DNA from: Octopus vulgaris
Taxonomy: Eukaryota
Reading direction: 5' to 3'
Assembly: GCA_951406725.2 (NCBI GenBank)
Contig: OX597819.1
Coordinates: forward strand, 36,642,001 to 36,706,000
Length of the DNA: 64,000 nucleotides
The notes under the pieces were generated by a model, which saw nothing but the letters and a program-made list of their open reading frames with translations, was not told where the DNA came from and searched no databases. This document shows, piece by piece, positions 40,561-53,646 of this stretch. A program made the position numbers and the translations under genes. Every line of letters starts with the position of its first letter. Within the stretch, counting starts at the first letter, position 1.

Positions 40561-40817
40561 ACAGTTTTATATTTAAGAGATGAGGAATTATGTACATTAT
40601 TTACATTTGACGGATATTTGTCCTCATCTTGTTTGTTGCTAACACAACGTTTCGACTTCATCAGGTGTCTTGGAGAAATGTCGAACTTGGGTTCTCATTC
40701 CTATGATATTTTTCATATGTTATTATTATTATTATTATTATTATTGTCACTGCCTGGAATCGAACTCGGAATCTTGAGGTTAGTAGCCCACGCTCTTGAC
40801 TACAACGCCATATGTCC
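40561..40817 (-). mobile_element. tRNA-headed SINE-like element containing a hammerhead core
   Basis: Head GGACATATGGCG..GAGTTCGATTCC (40746-40817), (AAT)n, then GACAC-CTGATGA-AGTC-GAAA-CG-TT-GTGTT (40641-40669). Confidence 0.75.
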
Positions 40818-41445
40818 ATATAAATTAGTTAGGAACACAGAGTTATCATAAGATATAAACCGTATATTCTCGTCGCATTCTGATTGAAATTCTTGTTGTA
40901 TGTAATCTTACAGAGGTCTGCAAGCAAATTCTATTTTGTGAAAATGAAATTGCTGTGCCAGTATTTTCTAAACAAAAAAGAAGTATATATTTGAAAACAG
41001 TTCTGCAATCTGATTGGTCGTTCGAAGTAACGTAGTAATCTACGCGTGGCTCTTGTTAGAAATTACGAATATTTAAAATTTCTCCACTCTTTTTTTCTCA
41101 ATATTAGTAATGTGTTTTATTAGCGTGCTGAATCCATTCAGGCTTTGAATTCCACCGCAGTTAACGAATTCTATGCATGCCCAACAGCCATCGTCGGGAC
41201 GTTCGAATTTCGTTCATTAGCTGTTCAGGTTTTATCTTTTCAGATGAGCAATATATTAGCTGGATAATTATATTAGTTATTATTTTATGCGCGTGTGTGC
41301 GTGCGTGCGTGCGTGTGAGTGTGTGTGTCTGTATGTGCGTGCGTGTAAGAAAGTGACGAAATAGAAAATAATTTTTTACAACTTCACTTCCTTCAATGTT
41401 TTACGCGCGTCTAGTTACAAACACACGTACGCACACGCACGCACG

Positions 41446-41498
<53 letters not shown>

Positions 41499-41701
41499 AA
41501 AACAATGGGACTATTCAAGCAACATTTCACTCAAATGAAACTAAATATGATGACAATAAAATGAATGTATACATGGTGTGTAGTGTAATAATTTCTATAA
41601 AAGGCAAATATACAGAGATTCTGTACTGCACGTTTGGTGGGGTCATTTTCCTACAACGTTGACCAATGCCTTGTGAGTGGAATTTGATAGGGTTTGTCAC
41701 A

Positions 41702-41743
<42 letters not shown>

Positions 41744-41746
<3 letters not shown>

Positions 41747-42626
41747 TATAGAGTGAAATTTTTTACAATATCTTGGTAGCTTATTAGCTTTATTCGTCAA
41801 GTTACAACATAAAAACAGCCTAATATGCGAAGCAGAAGCACTGTCTGAAGCCACCTTTCTGCCATTTTTAAAAATCTCACCTTAATACCAATTCTTGTCC
41901 TTCGAAGTGAAGAACTCTTTCACTGAAGTTTCTACCTCCTCTTGGTTGACAAAACATCACGAGCGCAAGAAGTGATCCATTGATTACATTGAACAAGTAA
42001 TAATCCAAGGGCAATATTTTCCGCAATCCTAACGTGCATAAAGAGTAGTTAAGCAAGGTTCAGCTTCCGGAACCTGTCGCCAAAGATGGGTTTTTCGAGC
42101 ACAAGATGATGCTCTCCGTCTGATGGAATTATGAGGGGGATAATTCACTATGAGCTCGATGCCAACCTTTCCTCGAAACAGCAGGAACAGAGGTATGCTA
42201 TTGTGTGGTAAATATACTCGGCATTGGTTAAGAAAGCGAACTCTTCTGTTGCAAGGTAACCCAAGCCCTCATCACACTCAAACGACCCGGAATAAACTCC
42301 AGGAACTTGAACGAATCAAACTGATGCAACACTAGGCATATAGGCTGTACCTAGCTGCCAGGGATTATCGTTTATTCCCATCCATGTTCCACTTCCTGCA
42401 CACGCGACGCTTCATCAACCAACAGTGGTGGAAGCTTCAGTGAAGGAATTTTTCACCTCGAAGGACAAGAATTGATATCGGAGTGATATTAAAGAACTGA
42501 CTGAAAAGTGGTTTCGGAAGGTAAAGCACGATGGACTTTACACAGAATGTTAGATTGCTTTTGTTTTAACTTGAATAAAGTAAATAATTTACCAAAATAT
42601 TGCAAAACTTTTGACTCAACAAAATA
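41744..42626 (+). mobile_element. Mariner-derived element with its 3' end duplicated as long inverted arms
   Basis: Arms 41744-42013 / 42356-42626; decayed KMMLSV*WN, LQGNPSPH (HDNARPH), AYRLYLAARDYRLF (YSPDLAPSDYHLF). Confidence 0.75.
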
Positions 42627-43064
42627 TATAACGTTTATCAAACAGTTCAACAAATTATGTACCATTGCTGAAATAAGAACTGAGTTTAATGTGACAGACA
42701 AAAACTTTGGAAGGTGGGTACCCAGGAAAGGCCACAAACCAATGACAAGATTAAGAAAGGATCTTCCACATTAATGTTGTATAGAGTAAGGAAACTACAT
42801 TGTGATTCTTTGTTTCTTGAACATATCGGCATACTATCAAGTTTTAGTATTTCTTTACTAATGAACTGGGATACTTGCCGAAAAAACAAAACAAAACTCT
42901 GCGTTTCTATTGAAGGTATTTTCTTCATAGAATTGAATTATGAATTTCTCAAGAACGCAAAACTGACAAATATTCTTCAATTTTCGGTAGGCACTAGGAT
43001 TTATTGTTTTATGGGAAGTGGTAAATTTCCGGTTTCAAACTCCAAATATATCTTTTATTTACCG

Positions 43065-43207
43065 TATACTTACTTCAGTCATTGGATAGCAACCATACTA
43101 GGGTACTGTCTTGAAAAGTTCAGTCGAACAAATCGACCCAACTCTTTCGGTCAGTTTCACGGAGCCGTAAAGTTAAAGGGACGTTAGTAAACTAGCAACG
43201 GTTGTCA

Positions 43208-43258
<51 letters not shown>

Positions 43259-43414
43259 GCTTCTTTCAGTTTCCGTCTATCAAATCTACTCACAACGCTT
43301 TAATCAGCCCTAGGTTTATACTAGAAGACACTTACCAAGATGCCTTGCGGTGAGACTGAACCGAGAACCATGTGATCAGTAAGCAATCTTCTTCGCACAC
43401 AGCTACGCTTGTGC
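43065..43414 (-). mobile_element. Family B SINE with internal (CA)n
   Basis: Reverse-complement match to family B. Confidence 0.8.
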
Positions 43415-44296
43415 ATTAAATTATTGTTTTTAGATTTTCCAACTGATGTTTTAAAAATATATCTTTATTGATAACATCAAATTCGGAAGGGTTTGACGTT
43501 AATCCGAAATAATGTTTTACTACTGAACTTGTTTCCGATAATCAAATATCAAAGTATATTACAGTAGCTTAAGTCCCGCAGCTCTACTTGAAGGGAAAAG
43601 AAAACCCTCTTTTACATGAATAACCTAATATATCACTTGATTTATTTGATATTGTATGTGAGCCTTCTTGAAAATTACATCGACAACAGAAATGATTTTA
43701 TCAGTCATTTTGATCATGTTCTGTTACATGATAACTAGTTTACAATTCTATTAGTTGTCTCTTTTGTATTTAAAAGGCATGAATTATAAAAGCTGTGCAT
43801 TCATATCCGGCATACGAGCTTATTTGTCTCTTAAAGACAGGGTATTTCATCCTTAACGCTATTGAAATTGGATCAGCTGGGAACGGACTATGATAGCTGA
43901 CAATACTTTTCACTTTCAAATTATTTCATCCCTTCAGAATGTAGAGATAAACACCGGATGAGGATAACAGTTATTACCTTGGAGACATGTTAAATAATAT
44001 CTGTATTCATTCATACGATGACTGTAACTAGAGGTAGAGGAAATCGTACAGGAATCATTTGCTATCATCTTGACGAGCAGGTTTGAAAATGTGTCGATTC
44101 CCATACATGCACACGATGCATATATAGATACATGCATTCATTTATAAATACATGCAAACATACATCACACACAAACACACTCATACACATGCATACGTAG
44201 GTATGTATATATATGTATACATACATATATATATATATATACACATACATATATATGTATGAATATATATATATATACACATACATATACATACAT

Positions 44297-44341
<45 letters not shown>

Positions 44342-44442
44342 TCCATATATGCATACACGCACATATGCGTATAACCTACATATATAGATATGCATACATA
44401 TAAATACATTCATATACATATATACATGTATATACATACGTA

Positions 44443-44483
<41 letters not shown>

Positions 44484-44495
44484 GTTACTCATCCA

Positions 44496-44573
<78 letters not shown>

Positions 44574-45829
44574 CTCACAGCTCTTATGCATGTGGTTTTT
44601 GTGTGCGTGTTTAACACTCCATGTGTGCGAAACTGTTTAAAGCATAAGAATGCATGTAAAACAAGGAATTTACTTTTCCCCTTAGGCAGAAGACATTTCT
44701 ATACGGAAAGAGGAAATAGGCGAATCTCTTGAATCGCTGAATGCTATACTGTCATTTATGTTATCAACTCGAGATTTAAACGCAAGTGACTAAACAAAAT
44801 ATTGTTAATCAACTGGCTTGTCTCCCAGTTATATGCAGAATACCGTCCATCCTTCAATCTGTAAGCACTACATATGCACAGATTGTGCGTACTTACAGGA
44901 ATATAAAGTATAAACATGCAATTAGAAATCAAAACCAGATTAATAAAACACTTCTGCAGAACAGCAGAATAACATATTTATCCTCTTTGCCAATGATTAG
45001 TCACTCCCAAGGCTAGTTAATAAAACGCACTCTCCTGTCTCATAACCTACCTTCGGCATTATGTTTAATGGTGTCAGCTATAATTGCTAGAAAGGAAAGA
45101 AAGAAGGAAAGAAAAGAAGGAAGGAAGGAAAGAAAGAAAAGAAAAGAATATTACCAACATAAATTCGAGATTGATTAGAAGGCACCGTATGTGTGCCAAT
45201 TATGCAGCTGAATGTGGATAATTGATTGTCGATATTAGCATACCAATACCTTTGAAAATCACAATTTCGTATTCGTTTTTCACTGACAAGAAATCTAATT
45301 TTAAAAATTATTTACATGAATTACACATTAAAGAAAAGTAAATATGAGGCGCATCTCTGTCCAGATTATTCGCCAGAATTTTTCAATTATATTTAAGGCA
45401 TTACTAAAGAATTACTTATTACCGAGTCTATAAATCTTGTATTTTTTGTTCATCGGTATGTATAATAGTATTATTTGCGTGCAATAAATGAAATTTATCG
45501 TTTAACAAATTCCATAGTTGTGTATTTTATATTTCCCCAGGAAATGTAAATATCATTTCAGAAATATATTGATAATATAAGAAAGAGAATACTCGAGTAC
45601 TATGTAATGCAATCGACCCAACTTGAAAATGAAAAATTCAATTATGGAATTTATCGATTAGTCAAGTTTTACATGTTGAGCAGGCAATTATGCTAAGAAA
45701 TAGAAGTTGCTGGGATATTAGTTGAGATATATGAGGACAAGGTGTTTTGACAAAGAAACCTTGCCTATTTATGTTGATAAATGTAAAGAGACATCACCAG
45801 ACAACCAGCTCCAAAAATCTAATATGCTG

Positions 45830-46060
45830 GTTTCTATGCAGAAAATTGGTATCTTCTATTTCCAATCCCTAATCTACTTGCTTTGGACAAAACACCTAGC
45901 ACTCCATTTCCTTCAATTCCTAATACATGAGAACAGATAAAAAAAATAAATTGCAATTCGACACAAGAAAATACATAAAATATGATGTTTAACCCGTTGC
46001 CTTTCCTCTGTATCAAATGTAATGCACAAGAAATATTTCCCTGACGTCCATGCACCAAAT
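45830..46060 (-). pseudogene. Possible retroelement RNase H fragment
   Basis: LQFIFFICSHVLGIEGNGVLGVLSKAS resembles WxPSHxGIxGNExADxLAK. Confidence 0.4.
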
Positions 46061-46686
46061 ATGATACACATAACTAATTTTTTCAAGCACCATATTAACG
46101 GTTAGGAAAAACTTGTGAAGATACTTTGGATAGGCAAAAGTTTAATGACGTGCTGAGCTGAGAAAGAATTTTTCTAAAAACATTTGAAGAAGTGTTTATC
46201 GTTTATTTAGATATCACGTTTCAAGAACGCTGTCTAAATATAATTTTGCATCTAGGCAAAAACATTAATATTATAATAATCTCCACAAATGAATTAGTAA
46301 TTAAGTCATTTCATGATATATTGGGAATATATTTAATTACCTCATTGCAGCAAGTTTAGTAATTTAACAGTTTTTGACTAAAACTGATTTCAAATGGAAA
46401 TATTTTTACGAAGATAAATATTTCTAGATTCTCACGGATAGAAGAATAAGCATGCGGTTCTTAGTCCTACACTTTGTTTTCCCAATAGAAAGACATGCTA
46501 ACTTTAGAGCAATCCGATAGCAATGTTTTAGACGACAAAATTGAAACCTCACAATCGTAACACCCCAAACACTAAATCTGCAAACCAAACTGACTTTATT
46601 GAAAATATCTCATATATAACTCATTATAGTGAGTACAATTTCTTCGTTGCTTTGATTATTGGAATACTGACAGCATAATCATTTAT

Positions 46687-46791
<105 letters not shown>

Positions 46792-48405
46792 TGTGTGTGT
46801 GTGTGAAATAGAGAAATAGAGAGTGAAAGTGGGAAATATATATTAGTGAGTGACTTGTCGAAATTCAGTAACAAAGACACTATCAGTTGAGCTCTACTTC
46901 GAAATACTTTATCTTAAGCTTCATATAACTATCAATGTCATAACTTGGTGAATTGTCTTTGTTTATTGGAAAAGCCAGAGATGAATTATCATCAGAATTA
47001 TGCACCACTTTAGAAGAGATCAACTCATGGGCAGTGCAGAATTAAATTCCATACTAGCAGTGATCTGCTAGTTAGTGCAAACTGGGGAAACACTCATCCA
47101 TTTGACACTTTTCACGAAAGGGACACAGATAAAACAAGGAGAGAAAAAAAAGGAAGAGAAAAAAATGTGTGTAGTGGCTAACGATCTATCATGGTGACTA
47201 GTGCCGGACAGAAAGAGAGAGAGAGAGAGAGAGAGATCAGTTTGCGATAGAACTGGCACACTGCGAACGATTGAATATGTACCAAAGTATTGAAGACGAC
47301 ATAAACAACGAAACATTTTAAAGCAGTGTCCCAGCGTGGCTTCAGTCTACTGAATGAAAAAAAGGGAGAAAGAAGTATAAAAAATTTCATAATGAATCAG
47401 TCAAATTATAAAGTTTGTCTGATTACTAATTACAAGGTTTCTCAGTTCAAAATCCCATCTGTATATAAATTTACAGAATCGATTAAAAAGAGAGAAATAA
47501 CATGTCCAAGATAAATCAATCATTTGTATCGACTATCTCATAAGGAATATCACTGTAGCTTATTAGATGCTGGTTATAAACCTATTTCATATCGTGTTTT
47601 AACTGAGGTTACAAGGTCACTCATTTTGAGAAATGGCATAATCGATTAAATCGACAACACTGTATTTGATTGGAATATACTTTTATCAACTCTCAAAATA
47701 ATGAAGAGCATAATTATCGACATCAGCGTAATTTGAAATCAGAACGTGGAGGGATATATTGTTTTCATCCTTCTTCCAAATCACACATCATACGTACAGG
47801 CAAAATATACATGAATTCATCGGTTTATTAAAAATGGACCAACATCACTAGACAGTCACCACTCGAGATTTAGTGATGCTTTAGATAAAGGGTTAATGTT
47901 ACCACTTTTTAAAAAATGAAAATCGTTAAAATGACGTCGAGAAATAACAGAAACACACCTCCACTAGAAAACTATAGAGCAAGGAAAGTGAAATTTATTA
48001 AAAATAACTACTATTGATACTTTACTGCTGTATGAACTAATAATGTAACTATTGCTGCAAGAATGCATATAAGTTTCACTTATATATGTAATGTGTATTT
48101 CAACATTATTACTTATCTGTCTTTTGCATTATTCCAGATAGATAGAGCTCCTTGCTTGTCCTGTCAGAAGTATCAGTTGTATCGATCTTTTTTAAGAGCG
48201 AGGAAGGAGTAGCCTGTCATATTGATAACAGTACTGGGCAATACTTTATTTTATCGACTTAAGGATGAAAGAAAAAGTAGGCCTCGGTAGAACTTGAACT
48301 CAGATCTTAAGAGACCGCAACTAAATTTCACACTGCAGTTTTGTTCACTCTCAAACGATTCTGTCAATCCACAAACCTCATTTTAAGATATGGGTTATAT
48401 TTTTG

Positions 48406-48773
48406 AGTGGTTGTATACTGTCAACATAACGTGACAGTCCCGTAAGGTAATTACACCACCTCAATTTAGCCCTAGGAAGCATCGACGCTTCCTGTCGGCT
48501 TTGACACATTTCCTGTGTCCTTATGTTTGCGAAGGGGAGGCAAGCACCCCCACCAGCCAGGATTCACACCTGAAGACATGCATGTTTCTGGGTCTTTCCC
48601 GTCATTAGTCCAGGGTAGTGAGTCCTGCTAGTTGAGATACCTGCCTAGCCTTCGCAAATATATATATTTACAGTGAAATCTATTCACTGGTCACCGTAAT
48701 TAGAAATATTGAATTTCTAAATGTCTCAAAGAGACATGAGCGGTGATGGAGCGATACAGTGGTTGTATACTGT
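48406..48773 (-). mobile_element. Terminally redundant ~352-bp hammerhead-containing unit (retrozyme-like)
   Basis: AGTGGTTGTATACTGT at 48406 and 48758; TSD GGTTATATTTTTGA 48393-48406 / 48787-48800; homologous to 27889-28340. Confidence 0.8.
48569..48614 (-). ncRNA. Hammerhead (G5 mutated) at the tip of a long rod
   Basis: CCTGGA-CTAATGA-CGGG-AAAGA-CCCA-GAAA-CATGCATG-TC-TTCAGG; stem I extended over ~48526-48658. Confidence 0.75.
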
Positions 48774-51193
48774 GGTTATATAGAGTGGTTATATTTTTGA
48801 AACTAATAAAATATGTGTCATCACTTCTTATCTAAAAACAGCTTTATTTTTTATATAACAATCAACCAATGCATATTTTATTGCTTAATAACAAAAGCCT
48901 TAATGTAAGGGATAAGTTGCCGGATAATTTAATTGAACGTTTTTAAACCTTTATTTCAGGGCACAGGTATTACTGCATGTTTAAGACGTTTGCATCACAA
49001 CCACATGATGCAGAATACTTTGTAGTTTTAGTTCCTCTCCAGTCGTACCGATATCCAGCTATCTCTCACACCATCGTAAAAATACAGGGAGAACTGAAAC
49101 CAACAATACAATGTGTTATAGGAGATAAAAATGTTAAATTAGTGATGCATTTCAGAAAGAAATGGACACCATATTTCCATTTCCCTCCTCTTTTAGACTA
49201 TTAGTTTACATTTAATGAAAAGAAACAAACAGGACCTTCACAGTTTCTGCCAGAATTTTCTATACTGATATAGTTTTGCAACTTAATGACGAAAATCCTA
49301 TTCAATTTTCATAGAAATTAATAATAAAAAAGTTTTAAAAAAACTTTGAGAGTGAAATTTTTAGCCAACCGGAACTTTCATTATCGACTTAACGGAAGTC
49401 GCAATTTCTGTGTTGACGAAGAAAATGAAAACATTACGAAAGCTTGAAAGATTTTTTTAAGAAATGAAAATGAATTTATAGAAAAAAAATTTAAATCATT
49501 ACAACGAAGAAGCAATTTAATGAAATACAATGAAAATGTTTTATAACCTTTAAGTATGGAAGGAAAAAGAAAACGTAATTAAAAGTCCTCATATGTAAGA
49601 AAGAAGAAAGAAAGAAAAATCAATGCCAACGAAATTGTTCTATGCACTCGAATAGTCATTCAAAGAGATTGCACTTTTAATGAAATGTATGTACTCTTAC
49701 GCATTGAGTGCTATTTCTCCTGTTTGTTCCAACAAAACTGCACACACACACACACATACTCACTCAACTGAACATCAGCTGTCTTGACATTACCGATGAG
49801 AGTTTTCATGTTATCCCATAAAATTTTCTTTCTTGAAACGTCCATTTTGTTAAATGAAAAAGAAATGGTTTTTTTTTTAAATGACAAATGAATCCAAATC
49901 AAGCTGTTATGGAGATAGCAATGGAGATAAACACATCTAGGATTTATATCGATATATTCACATGCATCATAAAAATACAGAATAAAATATGAAGAAAATA
50001 TGTAACTTCTTAACTCAACAGCTGTCTCGGGAAGCTCAAAGTTACATTGTAATCATTATCTATGTTATAACGGAGAAAGCTACTTATTAATTAGGTATGT
50101 AACAGTTACTAAAAGAAAGCAATTATTAAAGGCTTGTCCGTCTGGAAATTTTTGTATAAATTCATGTTCCAAGAAATTTCCTATAATTTCGATTTCTGAA
50201 GTTTAGTGAATTTTTGAACTCCAATTTTTCACAATTTTAAATGCCCGTTGCATTCATTGCGGAGTATTCCATTTTCATTTGCAAAGTCTTCACTCTGTTT
50301 TTCATTGTTTTCGTCTTAATTTTTTTTATATACCGGTATAAGTTTTGTAAAAAAATTACGTTATGGCTGTTTGGAAGGCTATCAGCCTGACATTAATAAC
50401 TATCTGGACCGATTTTGACCATTTTTTAAAAACTTAAAAACCATTGGAGGAGCCTTTTCGGTAAACAAAAAGTAACAGAAAAATGTAAATATTTTCAGAC
50501 GAAAAGGTGAACAATTCAAAGGAGGCTTGGCTGTTGCTTCTAGCGCAACCCAAACGACCCTCTGTTTTCACTCTCACATATATTGATGTTTTTTTCAATA
50601 TTTTTCTGCCATTAAACACATTTTGTGAAATGAGGATACCGAAGTACGCATGGTCAATTTGTGGCCAAAATAGGTCCAGAGTGGGATGATGAGAGAGAGG
50701 AGGTTGTAAAAAAGACTCAAAACTTTTTTCATACAAAGACGTCCCACCCTATCATTTCGAAGGCTGGGTTTAACTTATTTGGTTATCCTGATCCGAGACT
50801 CCGTTTTACAGAAACTCCTCTCCCCACACCCTCGGAAAAAATTTCCTGACAAATTTCTTTATAATTGTAATTTATGCCGTTTGAAATGTATTTCTATTAA
50901 CTTTCACTAAAAGAGACCCATTTTTCCTCAAAGTTATGAGGGGAAAATTATCGGATCATCTGAATTTTCCGAAAGACCCCCTCAGAAAAATTGTTTCCCA
51001 TAAATCCCTATATACTATTAAACCACAACGTCTAAAGCGGGATTTGTAGACAATTTCGTTTTAAGTATCCATATTTCTTGATGTTACGATGCAACAAAGT
51101 CGGGGGCGTATACATCTGTGGTTGTGCCCGTATATTTATACGATTTTTCCATTTCATCTATAATTCATTCATTGTTTGCAATGTTCTCTCATC

Positions 51194-51246
<53 letters not shown>

Positions 51247-51932
51247 TCTATCTGTCTTACACACACACACACACACACACACACTGCAAAGCTTACAGAT
51301 GGGTTGCTGAATTGAAATCGCTCTGTTGCTTTGAGAAGAAGGTAAAACTTACTCCTCCGTAGTTGGACTTCTTTGATGTTTGTTTAAAAAACAGAGATTA
51401 TGACTGCGATAAAATAATGAAAGCAAACTTTACTAAGCAAGTGGGCCCTATTATACAAAGGAGACGTAAAACATGCTAAAACTTATTAGGATTGGGAATC
51501 AAATGTGAAAATATTATCAAGCGGTTAACAGAGAGCTGCTCGGAGGGTGATCTTTCTGCTAGTAATCATAATTTGAAGATGAAATGTGTCAAAAGTCATG
51601 GATATGTAACCGGTAACCAGTCAAAAGAAGATATCACAATGAGTCCTCTCATCAAAAGAATAATGGCAAATGCAGTTCATATAATAATGTTAGAAATAAT
51701 AAAAGGTTGAATGGAATATCTTGTAATATCTTCATATGACTGCTTACCGCCTACATACCCATGACCATAGGCACATTTCATCCACAAATTATGATTATTA
51801 TGATTATTACGTAACTCTGAGCTTCCTGAAACAGTTGTTAAGAAATCACTTATCTTTCTTCATATTTTATTCTGCATTTTTTGTGCTCTATATAAAATTC
51901 TTTATCTGAAGCCTAATCTCCATTATTCTTCC

Positions 51933-51933
<1 letters not shown>

Positions 51934-51963
<30 letters not shown>

Positions 51964-51993
51964 CATACATACATACATACATACATACATACA

Positions 51994-52022
<29 letters not shown>
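51934..52022. repeat. (CATA)n microsatellite
   Basis: Direct reading. Confidence 0.95.
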
Positions 52023-52025
<3 letters not shown>

Positions 52026-53185
52026 CACATACACACACATGTATATACATATATGTATATACAACTACACGGTTATATCGATTTCTAACATAGACACGAG
52101 CCCACAGACTTTGAAGGAAGGAAGGTATAGGGGTTTATATGTGCTCCCATTACATACACATGACTGGTACCTTAATGATCGTCATTGTAAAGATGTGCCC
52201 CAAATTTAACCATACCTGCATTGCTGGAATGACAAAGAACTTTGTCTTAAAATCTACCGATTACGGCAATGGAAAATAATATCGTTACTTTGCTCTTTAA
52301 CTTTAATAGCAAAAGAAAAAAAACACTTTAACTGTGATATCCATATCAAGTAGTAATCCATTTCACATCGAGTGAAATCATTAAAATCAATCCATTATCT
52401 TGAAATAAACGAAGCTCAGTATATATACAAAAAAGAAACAATCTTATATGCGTGATTATAAAATAAAAGGTAATTCTAAAAGGAAATCACTTCAGACTGG
52501 TAACCACTTTTCCTTTATTGCACAATAAAGAACATTATGATGGGCTTTCAAATCCTCGAATAATGTTCATGGTAATTCGGTGTCATTTTATTATTCGGTT
52601 TTGCACTACTTTGATGTTTGTCACGTTTAAAATACATTTAAATTGGTTTTTTTTCCTATTTTTTTCTGATTTTGTAAACATAGAGACACACGAGAAGTTA
52701 TGCAAATGTAGTGTCCCACAATTCTGTATATGATGTAAATTTTCTTATAAATTTCTTTGGATTTTACGATGCTTACTTCATAGAACTTTGGAGAAATTAT
52801 GATATTAATGAGACTGGTAAGAATTTTGAACTCCACACGAAATATTGCTAAAAGAGGTGAGATATTATTAACGCGCTGAAGTAAGGAAATACAAAACGCT
52901 AAAGAAAAAAATACATACTGCGCAAAATAATGAACAAAACTGCCGCTGTAATTCCATAATAAACTGGCCATTGATAATTAATATTTTTAAGTAATTACTT
53001 TAGTTACTCTTATTTAGCACTTTGAACAAACTTGATTATTATTATTGCCTTATTAATAACTCTCAACAAATCAGTGCCTACCTCTGTTCTATTCAAGTTT
53101 CCACATATTTAACACCATAAGACAATCAACTTCTAACACCTATACTAATATTCTAATGACGATATAGTAATTCCAGTCCATTTCA

Positions 53186-53646
53186 GGGATCTTTTCGGTT
53201 TGAACGGCAGTTTTTAACATAATTTCTAGGTAACTAAAAAATTTTAAATATCGTATACTGGTAGAGTGTGTTTATAAAACATCTTTTTCTCTTGGTTTTA
53301 TTGAGAAAATTCTATAGTTTGTAAGATACTTGTTTTTTCTTCAATTTCTGCAATTTCAACCAATCAATGACGTCTATTGAGGTAAAAACATTCTGTGCCG
53401 TATGAATATGCCCCTCGTTTAAGAAACAGACTGGGTTTATTTACATTTGCGAAGAAAAAAAGATACCCTTCCCCCACTCCCTAACCCCAATCCTAACCCT
53501 AACCCTAACCAACCCTAACTAACCGTAACTAACCCTAACCCTAAAACAGTTTGAAATGCAATAGATCGATACTAGGGTCATAATTATGGGTGACAATTTC
53601 ATATGACACCGCTAGAGAAAACTGTCGTTCAAACCGAAAAGATCCC
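53186..53646 (-). mobile_element. TTAGGG-carrying TIR element, copy 4 (complete, longest CCCTAA array)
   Basis: Both TIRs; TSD ATTTCA (CATTTCAG if TIR is GGATC..GATCC); array ~53479-53546. Confidence 0.9.

Noticed and set aside
50130-51060. Possible old non-autonomous DNA element with a degenerate internal repeat (similar impression at 11950-12600)
   Set aside because: No termini or TSD that I could define.
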